Assembly: GCA_030650275.1 (NCBI GenBank)
Contig: JAUSEK010000011.1
Coordinates: forward strand, 73,890 to 137,889
Origin: Candidatus Omnitrophota bacterium
GTDB lineage: Bacteria; Omnitrophota; Gorgyraeia; Zapsychrales; Fredricksoniimonadaceae
Length of the DNA: 64,000 bases
Direction of reading: 5' to 3'
Shown: positions 1 to 7,898 of the stretch, piece after piece
Layout: every line of letters starts with the position of its first letter
How positions within the stretch are numbered: position 1 is the stretch's first letter
The notes under the pieces: model-generated
What the model saw: only the letters and a program-made list of their open reading frames with translations
What the model was told of the DNA's origin: nothing
Databases searched by the model: none
Made by a program: the position numbers and the translations under genes

Positions 1-1
1 C

Positions 2-517
2 CGCCGGCTTTATGATGAAGCCCAAGATGTTCCTGAGGGTGTTTATCGTGTTGCTTTTGGTCAGGCCCGTGTGGCCCTTGAGGGCAAGGACGTGACCCTG
101 GTCGCTTCATCCCATATGGTCTCTGAAGCCAAGAAAGCGGTCCGTCTGCTTGGCCTCAAGGGGATTTCAGCGGAATTGATCGATCTGCGGAGCTTAAGGC
201 CATTGGATGTTCAGACCGTGTATTCTTCAGTTAAAAAAACAGGCCATTTGGTCCTTGTGGAGGGGGATTGGAAACCATGCAGCGTTTCCGGCGAGATCAT
301 CGCTTCATTAGCGGAAAAAGACCCGGGGATCTTTAAGTCAGCGCCCCTGCGGGTCATGTGGCCTGATATGCCCGCACCGACGAGCGCGCCCCTGGAGGAA
401 GCATTTTATCCTTCTGTTAAGGATATAGGGGACGCTTGTTTCAAAGTTTTAGGCAGACCCGGCTCAGTGTCTGAAGAGGAAAGCCAGGAAAAAGTCAAGT
501 TTAGCGGGCCATTTTAG
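2..517 (+). CDS. Pyruvate/2-oxoacid dehydrogenase E1 beta subunit-like protein, C-terminal part (5' end outside window)
   Basis: The frame is open from base 2 (RRLYDEAQDVPEGVYRVAFGQARVALEGKDVT). GKDVTLVA, AELIDLRSLRPLD, SVKKTG and P.P....LE match the E1-beta/transketolase C-terminal domain. Confidence 0.8.
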   Translation, partial: RRLYDEAQDVPEGVYRVAFGQARVALEGKDVTLVASSHMVSEAKKAVRLLGLKGISAELIDLRSLRPLDVQTVYSSVKKTGHLVLVEGDWKPCSVSGEIIASLAEKDPGIFKSAPLRVMWPDMPAPTSAPLEEAFYPSVKDIGDACFKVLGRPGSVSEEESQEKVKFSGPF

Positions 518-539
518 CGGCTTTTTCGGATCGGGTAAA

Positions 540-2057
540 ATGTTTTTGCCCCAAGTGATCAAAAGCGCCAGGGTCATGAAAAAGTCTGCGGCTTATTCGA
601 CGCCAGGGGCGGGAACCATTGTGATGGCCACTGTCAAAGGGGATGTCCATGATATCGGTAAGGACATCGTCGGTGCAGTACTGGCTTGTCATGGTTTTAA
701 AATTATTGATCTGGGCGTCATGGTCCCTTGCGAGAAAATCCTGCAAGAAGCTAAACAAAATAATGCGGACATGATCGGCCTTTCCGGGCTCATTACCCCA
801 TCCCTGGATGAAATGGTGCATGTGGCTTCTGAATTGCAGCGTCAGGGCTTTTCCTTGCCTCTTTTGATCGGAGGAGCAACCACTTCGCCCGCGCATACAG
901 CTGTTAAAATTGAGCCCGTTTATAAAAACGGGTTGGTCATCCATGGTCAAGATGCTTCCGGTTGCGCGGCTGTTTGCCGATCACTGATGGATCCCGAATT
1001 AAAACAAGATCTGATCAACAAAGTCCGCAAAGAATTTGAAGAATTGCGTCAGGAACATTTAAGCCGCCGGTCGAGCCAATCCTTTGTTCCCATTAAAAAA
1101 GCCCGTGAAAAAGCTTTTATGACTGATTGGGAACAAGCCGGCATTACCAAGCCTTCATTTTTAGGCATTAAAGTTTTCCAGAATTTTGACCTGACCCTCA
1201 TCCGTAAACGCATCGACTGGTCACCGTTTTTTATTACCTGGGAACTTAAAGGGAAATTTCCACAGATCCTCAAAGATCCAGTCTTGAATGCTGAAGCCAG
1301 CCGTGTTTATCATGATGCCAACGCTCTTTTGGATGAGATTATTAATAAAAAACTTCTTAAGGCTAACGCGGTTGTAGGTTTTTTTCCTGCTAATTCTGTT
1401 GGAGACGATATCGAATTGTATAGCGATGACGATCGTCAGAATGTGGCTGCTATTTTCTATAATCTGCGCCAGCAGATCATTGTCTGGGAAGATCATCCGC
1501 TTTTATCCCATGCGGATTACGTGGCTCCAAGATCATCCGGGGTCAAAGACTATATCGGCGCTTTCGCGGTGAGTACCGGCATTGGTTTAGACGAGTTGGT
1601 CAAAAATTTTAAAGCCGACCACGATGATTACAAATGCATCATGGCCAAAGCTGTGGCTGACCGTTTGGCAGAGGCATTTGCAGAATTGATGCACGAGAAA
1701 GTGCGCAAAGAGCTTTGGGGTTATGCTCCGCAGGAGGATTTGACCGATGAACAAATTATTTTAGGTCATTATCGGGGTATTCGCCCGGCGCCGGGGTATC
1801 CGGCCTACCCCGACCATACAGAAAAAGCGACATTATTTAAAATTTTAGATGCTACTAAGAATACCGGCATTAACTTAACGGAGACTTTTGCCATGTTCCC
1901 CACTGCAGCCGTCAGTGGCCTCTATTTTGCTCATCCACAATCAAAATATTTTGCCATCAACACAATAGACCAGGACCAGATCACCGACTACGCCAAACGT
2001 AAGAAAATATCCGTACAAGAAGCTGAAAAATGGCTAGGGTCGAATTTGAGATACTAG
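540..2057 (+). CDS. metH: Cobalamin-dependent methionine synthase, C-terminal half only (end of cap, B12-binding and AdoMet reactivation domains); 5'-truncated or split gene
   Basis: MFLPQVIKSARVMKK (cap), TVKGDVHDIG (DxHxxG), SGLIT, IGGATTS, DRLAEAFAE, GIRPAPGYPA, AVSGLYF. The homocysteine- and pterin-binding domains are absent. Confidence 0.85.
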   Translation: MFLPQVIKSARVMKKSAAYSTPGAGTIVMATVKGDVHDIGKDIVGAVLACHGFKIIDLGVMVPCEKILQEAKQNNADMIGLSGLITPSLDEMVHVASELQRQGFSLPLLIGGATTSPAHTAVKIEPVYKNGLVIHGQDASGCAAVCRSLMDPELKQDLINKVRKEFEELRQEHLSRRSSQSFVPIKKAREKAFMTDWEQAGITKPSFLGIKVFQNFDLTLIRKRIDWSPFFITWELKGKFPQILKDPVLNAEASRVYHDANALLDEIINKKLLKANAVVGFFPANSVGDDIELYSDDDRQNVAAIFYNLRQQIIVWEDHPLLSHADYVAPRSSGVKDYIGAFAVSTGIGLDELVKNFKADHDDYKCIMAKAVADRLAEAFAELMHEKVRKELWGYAPQEDLTDEQIILGHYRGIRPAPGYPAYPDHTEKATLFKILDATKNTGINLTETFAMFPTAAVSGLYFAHPQSKYFAINTIDQDQITDYAKRKKISVQEAEKWLGSNLRY

Positions 2058-2063
2058 GTTCTT

Positions 2064-2972
2064 ATGAGAATCGTTTCTTTAATTGCCAGCAGCACGGAGA
2101 TTGTCTGTGCCTTAGGTTTTGAAGGCTCCCTGGTTGGGCGTTCACATGAATGTGATTACCCGCTGGACGTCCGGCAGCTGCCCGCCTGTTCCGAGCCTAA
2201 ATTTAATATCCATGGGACCAGCCGTGAGATCGATGAGCGTGTTAAGACGATTGTCCGTGAATCTCTTTCCGTTTATCGTGTTGATACCGAGAGGCTTAAA
2301 GCTTTAAAACCGGATGTTATTATCACGCAGGACCATTGTGAGGTCTGCGCGGTGAGCCTTAAAGATGTACAAGAGGCAGTGTGTGATTGGGTTGGAGACG
2401 AAGTTAAAATAGTTACTTTGCGGCCCAATGCCCTGCTTGATGTGTGGCAGGGAATAAGACAGGTTGCGGATGCCTTGGGTCAGCCCAATCAGGCGGAAAA
2501 GCTTATCAGACACTGTCAAGAGCGCATGTCAGATATTGCGCGGAAAACGAAAAGTTTGCCTCAACACCCATCGGTGGCATGTATCGAATGGATTGAGCCA
2601 TTGATGTGCGCGGGTAATTGGGTGCCGGAATTGGTGGAGATGGCAGGTGGAAAGGACCTTTTTGGAAAACCGGGAGAGCATTCCCCGTGGATGAGCTGGG
2701 AACAATTGCACCAAGCCGATCCTGAGGTGATTATAGTAATGCCTTGCGGTTGGGATATTGAACGTATTCGCCAAGAAATGCCTATTTTAATGAAAAATCC
2801 CGGGTGGCATCAATTAAAAGCCGTCCGGCAAAACAAAGTCTATTTGACGGATGGTAACCAGTATTTTAACCGTCCGGGCCCCCGATTGGTTGAATCATTA
2901 GAAATTCTCGCCGAAATAATGCATCCTAAAGTGTTTCAATTTGGCCATGAAGGAGTCGGCTGGCAGCGTTAA
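2064..2972 (+). CDS. BtuF/TroA-like cobalamin/iron-chelate substrate-binding protein, no signal peptide
   Basis: MRIVSLIASSTEIVCALG, VGRSHECDYP, LKPDVII, EWIEP, GNWVPELVEMAGG and YFNRPGPRLVESLE are typical of the BtuF-like helical-backbone family. Confidence 0.8.
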   Translation: MRIVSLIASSTEIVCALGFEGSLVGRSHECDYPLDVRQLPACSEPKFNIHGTSREIDERVKTIVRESLSVYRVDTERLKALKPDVIITQDHCEVCAVSLKDVQEAVCDWVGDEVKIVTLRPNALLDVWQGIRQVADALGQPNQAEKLIRHCQERMSDIARKTKSLPQHPSVACIEWIEPLMCAGNWVPELVEMAGGKDLFGKPGEHSPWMSWEQLHQADPEVIIVMPCGWDIERIRQEMPILMKNPGWHQLKAVRQNKVYLTDGNQYFNRPGPRLVESLEILAEIMHPKVFQFGHEGVGWQR

Positions 2973-2992
2973 AAGCATTTTGGCGAAAAAAT

Positions 2993-3021
2993 TTGTATTT
3001 TTGTAAGAAATGTTGTAGGAT
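2993..3021 (+). promoter_or_regulatory. Putative sigma70 promoter for the GT2-rSAM-GT-C cassette
   Basis: TTGTAT (2993-2998), 17-bp spacer, TAGGAT (3016-3021), 10 bp upstream of ATG 3032. Confidence 0.35.
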
Positions 3022-3031
3022 AACCCCCCAT

Positions 3032-4000
3032 ATGCAAGCGCCGATCTTATCCATTATTTTTTCTTTTCGCAATGAGGAGCATGTTCTTCAGGAATTAATT
3101 TCACGCGTCAGGGCCGTATTGACCAAAGAAAAAGAACATAACGCCATTGCCGGATGGGAATTAATTTTTGTCAATGATGCTTCCAATGACAGGTCTTTAG
3201 AGGTCCTTTTGCGGCATGCCCAGAACACGAAAGACATTAAAATAATCACCATGTCGAGGGTTTTTGGAGTTGCTCCCTGTGTCATGGCGGGTTTGGCCCA
3301 AGCCCAAGGGGACGCGGCCATATATATGGATGCTGATCTGCAGGATCCTCCGGAATTGATCCCGGAAATGCTTAAAGCCATGCGCGAACAAAACGCCGAT
3401 GTGGTGCATACCGTGCGCCGTTCGCGTCAGGGAGAAAGCGCCTTTAAACTGTTCATTACAAAGATCGGCTACCGTATCCTCAATCGCTATTCAACAGTGC
3501 CCATCCCCCAGGAAGCGGGAGATTTCAAACTGCTTTCCCGGCGGGTCATTGACCATTTGCTGCTGCTCAAAGAGATCAATCCGTTCATGCGCGGGCTTGT
3601 GGCATGGGTCGGGTTTAAACAGGTTTTCATTGCCTATGACCGCCAGGCGCGGTTCGCGGGAAAAAGCAAATTTTTTGTGCTCGGGAAAAAGGTGATCTCC
3701 AATTTTTTAAACTCCGCCATCATCAATTTTTCTTCCGTGCCTTTGAAGATCGCTTCTTATTGCGGTTTATCTGCTATTTTAGTAAGTATCCTGTTTGCCA
3801 TGAATGCTTTGATCCAAAATATCAATGGCGCGGCGATCCCCGGGTGGACGGCCCTGATGCTGGTCATTATTTTTATCGGAGGGGTGCAGTTGTTTTGTAT
3901 CGGCATGATCGGCCTGTATTTAAATGCTGTCCACGAACAAAGTAAAATGCGGCCTAATTATATCATCGAGTCGACCTATGGGATCAACCCCCGCGCGTAA
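3032..4000 (+). CDS. GT2 polyprenol-phosphate glycosyltransferase (GtrB/ArnC/DPM1-like)
   Basis: FRNEE, FVNDASNDRS, YMDADLQDPP, GDFKLLSR, RGLVAWVGF, two C-terminal TM helices, RPNYII. ATG 3032 is preferred over TTG 2993. Confidence 0.88.
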   Translation: MQAPILSIIFSFRNEEHVLQELISRVRAVLTKEKEHNAIAGWELIFVNDASNDRSLEVLLRHAQNTKDIKIITMSRVFGVAPCVMAGLAQAQGDAAIYMDADLQDPPELIPEMLKAMREQNADVVHTVRRSRQGESAFKLFITKIGYRILNRYSTVPIPQEAGDFKLLSRRVIDHLLLLKEINPFMRGLVAWVGFKQVFIAYDRQARFAGKSKFFVLGKKVISNFLNSAIINFSSVPLKIASYCGLSAILVSILFAMNALIQNINGAAIPGWTALMLVIIFIGGVQLFCIGMIGLYLNAVHEQSKMRPNYIIESTYGINPRA

Positions 4001-5018
4001 CAGTTATCACCGCCTTAAGGCCAAACTTTTCCTGACAGGGATGCTCAGCGGAAAGATCACTGTCCGCAAACTTTGGAATGTGCTCCTGTGCACCGCGGCC
4101 TATTTATTAAAAACAAAAAGATCAGCAAGCTCTCCTTTTATCCTTAGCCTTGAACTATGGAATGAATGCAACGCGGGCTGTCTTTTCTGCCGTGATAAAA
4201 AAGGGACCATTTACAACCTCAATCCCAACAACCCCACCTTAGGCAGTATCTCAAAAGGGAAAATGCCGGCTGAAATGGCCATGGACATCATCGACCAGGT
4301 CAAAAAAGATGTTTTGATCGCGGTGCTTTACACCAACGGCGAGCCGTTGCTGTATAAAGACCTTGGAAAAGTGATCCGGTTTGCCACCGAACGCAAGGTG
4401 ATGACCATGATCTCAACGAACGGCTTGTTGTTCACCGAACAGAACGCCCGAGAGATATTGGCGGCGGGACTGGACTTTATCAAGATCCAGTTGGGAGGGT
4501 TCACCCAGGACATTTACAGCATTCAGATCCGTTACGGCGAGGTTGAGAAACTTAAAGAAAATATCCGCATGGTGGCGCGCATCAAAAAAGAATTGAATAC
4601 GCCCGCTTTGATCATGATCGATTGGATTACCTATAATTATAATCGCCACCAGATCCCCTTGATCCGTCAATTCTGTCAGGAATTGGGCGTGATGTTGAGT
4701 TTCCGTCAGGGAAATCCCCGGGGAGGATTGGAAGGCAAAGAAACAGCCCTTCCGACCACGACACTTCCCATTTCTTGCGACTGGTTATGGAAAGCCATGC
4801 AGGTCAATTTCAACGGGGACATGCTGCAATGCTGTGAAGGGGTGGTCTGGAGTAATCTGAAACCATACGCCACCTACAAAGCCGGCGACAGGAATGTCCG
4901 TGAAATTTGGAACGGCCCCGCCGCCATAGCCACCCGTGAGTTGATGGCGACCAAAGGGCGTAAATCCATGCCCATCTGCAGTCAATGCCAACGTTCAGGC
5001 GTGGCATTTAAATGGTGA
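3978..5018 (+). CDS. Radical SAM protein with SPASM/Twitch-type C-terminal domain
   Basis: CNAGCLFC (CxxxCxxC), NGEPLL, STNG; C-terminal CDWLW...GDMLQCC...EIWNG...CSQC. Start uncertain (3924/3978/4041). Confidence 0.85.
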   Translation: MGSTPARNSYHRLKAKLFLTGMLSGKITVRKLWNVLLCTAAYLLKTKRSASSPFILSLELWNECNAGCLFCRDKKGTIYNLNPNNPTLGSISKGKMPAEMAMDIIDQVKKDVLIAVLYTNGEPLLYKDLGKVIRFATERKVMTMISTNGLLFTEQNAREILAAGLDFIKIQLGGFTQDIYSIQIRYGEVEKLKENIRMVARIKKELNTPALIMIDWITYNYNRHQIPLIRQFCQELGVMLSFRQGNPRGGLEGKETALPTTTLPISCDWLWKAMQVNFNGDMLQCCEGVVWSNLKPYATYKAGDRNVREIWNGPAAIATRELMATKGRKSMPICSQCQRSGVAFKW

Positions 5019-5025
5019 GGGATCA

Positions 5026-6180
5026 ATGCGTTTGATACGGATTTGGACTGGAATTTTATTTGTATTGTTGGCGGCCCTTGGATTGTGGATCGCTTCCCAG
5101 AGGCCCTTATGGAACGATGAGTATTACTCTTTAATCTATATTACCTTGGGGCAGTCCTACAAAGCGATCCTCATAGGACTTCACGAAGGCGGTAATTCTC
5201 CGTTATCTTTTGTTTTACAAAAGGCGCAATGCGACCTGTTTTCTTATCATCTCCCGCAGGAATGGGTCAAAGGGCATTGGGAAGGGACCTATGTCTTTGA
5301 TCAGTTCTTTTTAAGGATACAATCAGTTGTTTTCATGTCAGCGGCCTTGAGCGCGGTATTTTATTATTTTGGACGGCGTCATTCCTGGGGCATGGGCCTC
5401 TACGCGTTAGCCGTGACCATGACATCTTTCTTGTTTTGGATCCATTGGACAGAAGCCCGGCCGTACGCGGAGTGGTTTGCTCTGAGCCTGTTCCAGATCT
5501 TATTTTTATTGAATATTTTAGAAGGCCCGGCCGATCAAAATAAAAAGAGCTGGTACGGTCTTGTTTTCATTCATTGGCTTTTGGCTTTGACGTCGATCAT
5601 CAGTGCCGTTCAAATTACGGCGGCCGGCGCGGTATTATGGATGTTCCGTCGTCCACGGCTCCTTTGGTATGTTCCCCTGGTCCTGCTCCCTCTGGGGATA
5701 TGCGGATTTTATTACATTCATTCGCCGCAATACCTCTCTTACTTTGTTGATGGTCCGGTGGCCTTAATTAATGCTAATATCTCCAAGGATCGATTATTTT
5801 TTATTTTTATGTCCGCCCTTGTTCTTATTGTTCAATGCCGGGGGAAGGATTGGAAGGCGCATTTGGAAATTAAATATTTAGCTTTTTTTCTTTTGATGCT
5901 GGGGGGCTTCGGGCTCCTGCTTTTGAAATTGAAGTATGGTCAAGGAGAAGGACAGAAAATTTTGCAAATTTCTAACCGTTATTTTTTGTCATTGACCCCA
6001 GCGGGGATCGTGGGGACCGTGCTTTTGTCGGAATATTTGATACGCGCCTTTCCGTCAAGGGTATGGAGAGCGGCGGCGATCGTGATTTTGGCCGGCTTTT
6101 TAGTTTTCCGTGCATACAGAACGATCCAACTGGTTCCCAACCAGATCTTACCTACCGGTCTAGAATTCATTAAGAGCTAA
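5026..6180 (+). CDS. Polytopic membrane GT-C glycosyltransferase (ArnT/PMT-like)
   Basis: About 10 hydrophobic segments, first-loop PLWNDEYYS (WxDE) and EARPYA motif; adjacent to a GtrB-like GT2. Confidence 0.65.
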   Translation: MRLIRIWTGILFVLLAALGLWIASQRPLWNDEYYSLIYITLGQSYKAILIGLHEGGNSPLSFVLQKAQCDLFSYHLPQEWVKGHWEGTYVFDQFFLRIQSVVFMSAALSAVFYYFGRRHSWGMGLYALAVTMTSFLFWIHWTEARPYAEWFALSLFQILFLLNILEGPADQNKKSWYGLVFIHWLLALTSIISAVQITAAGAVLWMFRRPRLLWYVPLVLLPLGICGFYYIHSPQYLSYFVDGPVALINANISKDRLFFIFMSALVLIVQCRGKDWKAHLEIKYLAFFLLMLGGFGLLLLKLKYGQGEGQKILQISNRYFLSLTPAGIVGTVLLSEYLIRAFPSRVWRAAAIVILAGFLVFRAYRTIQLVPNQILPTGLEFIKS

Positions 6181-6200
6181 AGGTCATCGATAACTATCTC

Positions 6201-6228
6201 TTGACAGGGGAAAGAGAGAGTTTATAAT
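6201..6228 (+). promoter_or_regulatory. Consensus sigma70 promoter P1
   Basis: TTGACA (6201-6206), 16-bp spacer, TATAAT (6223-6228). Confidence 0.85.
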
Positions 6229-6234
6229 TGGGAT

Positions 6235-6249
6235 GTTCAATAATTGAAC
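6235..6249. promoter_or_regulatory. Palindromic operator, copy 1 (GTTCAAT-A-ATTGAAC)
   Basis: Perfect 7-1-7 inverted repeat at the predicted +1 of P1, just upstream of a wHTH regulator; identical copy at 18020-18034. Confidence 0.8.
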
Positions 6250-6262
6250 TTCCTAACCGACT

Positions 6263-6820
6263 ATGCCTAAAGAACTTTTAAACGAACGCGAATTTGAATT
6301 GGTGAATATCGTGGGGGCGCAATTAGGCGTTAACCAGCGTGATATTTCCCGCCAATTGAGGGTTTCCTTAGGAATGACAAACATGCTTTTGCATCGTTTG
6401 ATCGCCAAAGGGTATATCCGCATCCATCAGCTGAATAAGCGCAAAATACAATACCTTTTGACCCCCAAGGGGTTTTCCGAGAAATTGCGCAAATCCATCA
6501 GATATACCATTAAAACCCTCAATTCCATTGAAACCATTAAGGATCATTTAAAAACAATTTTTAAGGAATCGTACCAAGAAGGAGAAAGAAACTTCAATAT
6601 TCTTGGCCATTCTGATCTGGCCTTGTTGGCGGAAATGGCTATCAAGGAAGTTTCCAAGGGAGATCACACCATCGTATTTATTCAAACACTTCAGGAAGCC
6701 AATAAAGATGCGTTGGCCTGTATTTGTAAGGAAGGGTATGAAGACCTACCTCTCCAGGGACCAAAAATGATGAATTTGATCACAGAGTTAGCTCAACGGG
6801 AAACAAGATTCATTCATTAA
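6263..6820 (+). CDS. MarR-like winged-helix regulator, EPS-associated type
   Basis: NQRDISRQLRVSLGMTNMLLHRLIAKGYI...YLLTPKGFSEK is the signature of polysaccharide-locus MarR (HTH_24-like) regulators; extra C-terminal domain. Confidence 0.85.
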   Translation: MPKELLNEREFELVNIVGAQLGVNQRDISRQLRVSLGMTNMLLHRLIAKGYIRIHQLNKRKIQYLLTPKGFSEKLRKSIRYTIKTLNSIETIKDHLKTIFKESYQEGERNFNILGHSDLALLAEMAIKEVSKGDHTIVFIQTLQEANKDALACICKEGYEDLPLQGPKMMNLITELAQRETRFIH

Positions 6821-6826
6821 CAAAGG

Positions 6827-7888
6827 ATGGTTATGGATACGACTATTTTAGACAACAAAAGTATTTTGATCACCGGGGGAACAGGATCATTCGGTAAGAA
6901 AATGGTCCAGATCGTTTTAAAACAATTCCGTCCCAAGCGATTGGTCGTTTTTTCCAGGGATGAATTAAAACAATTTGAAATGGCGCAAAAATGGAAACCA
7001 TCCGAGCATCCTTGCCTGGAATATGTGCTGGGGGACGTGCGCGACGGCAACCGTTTATGCCGGGTTTTTGAAGGCATTGATTATGTGGTCCACGCGGCGG
7101 CGCTCAAGCAGGTCCCCGCGGCCGAGCGCAATCCCGATGAATATATTAAAACCAATGTCATGGGGGCGATGAACATCATTGAAGCGGCATTGCATTGCCA
7201 TGTCAAGAAAGTGATCGCCCTGTCAACGGACAAGGCGTGCAACCCCATCAACCTTTACGGGGCGACAAAATTATGTTCCGACAAACTGTTCGTGGCTGAA
7301 AACAACGCGGTCCTTCCGTCGAGAACGCAATTTTCAGTCGTGCGTTACGGCAATGTCGTCGGTTCCAGGGGTTCCGTCATCCCATTTTTCAGGGAACGCG
7401 CCAAAACAGGGGTCTTGCCCATCACTGATGATCGCATGACGCGTTTTTGGATCACCCTGGATCAGGCCGTTTATCTGGTGCTGATGTCCCTGCAAAGGTC
7501 CACGGGGGGAGAAATTTTTGTCCCTCGTATTCCGTCCATGAAGATCACTGACCTGGCCACGGCGATCGCCCCGGACTGCAAACAAGAAGTCATTGGCATC
7601 CGCCCCGGAGAAAAGATCCATGAAACATTGATCAGCGAGGATGAGGCCAGGTCTGCCATTGAATTTCAGGATTGTTTTGTGGTCCAATACAATGCCGACC
7701 AACGGGACATTCTTTTGGCCCAGGCAGGAAAACATAAAGGGAAGGCCTGTCCGGAAGGATTCACTTATCGTTCGGATTCCAATACCGAATGGATGACGGT
7801 CAACGAATTGAAAGAAATGATTGAGCGCATTGCGGACGATTATGCCATTGAAAAGTCGCGTTTTTCCATGACGGGCGTTTCCCAATAG
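6827..7888 (+). CDS. pseB: UDP-N-acetylglucosamine 4,6-dehydratase (inverting)
   Basis: ITGGTGSFG, FSRDELKQ, HAAALKQVP, STDKACNPINLYGATK, RYGNVVGSRGSVIP, GIRPGEKIHE. Confidence 0.9.
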   Translation: MVMDTTILDNKSILITGGTGSFGKKMVQIVLKQFRPKRLVVFSRDELKQFEMAQKWKPSEHPCLEYVLGDVRDGNRLCRVFEGIDYVVHAAALKQVPAAERNPDEYIKTNVMGAMNIIEAALHCHVKKVIALSTDKACNPINLYGATKLCSDKLFVAENNAVLPSRTQFSVVRYGNVVGSRGSVIPFFRERAKTGVLPITDDRMTRFWITLDQAVYLVLMSLQRSTGGEIFVPRIPSMKITDLATAIAPDCKQEVIGIRPGEKIHETLISEDEARSAIEFQDCFVVQYNADQRDILLAQAGKHKGKACPEGFTYRSDSNTEWMTVNELKEMIERIADDYAIEKSRFSMTGVSQ

Positions 7889-7898
7889 GTGTAAGGAT

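Noticed and set aside
500-520. 8-bp direct repeat TTTAGCGG (500-507, 513-520) at the E1-beta/metH junction
   Set aside because: It could be a recombination scar, but it is too short to distinguish from chance.
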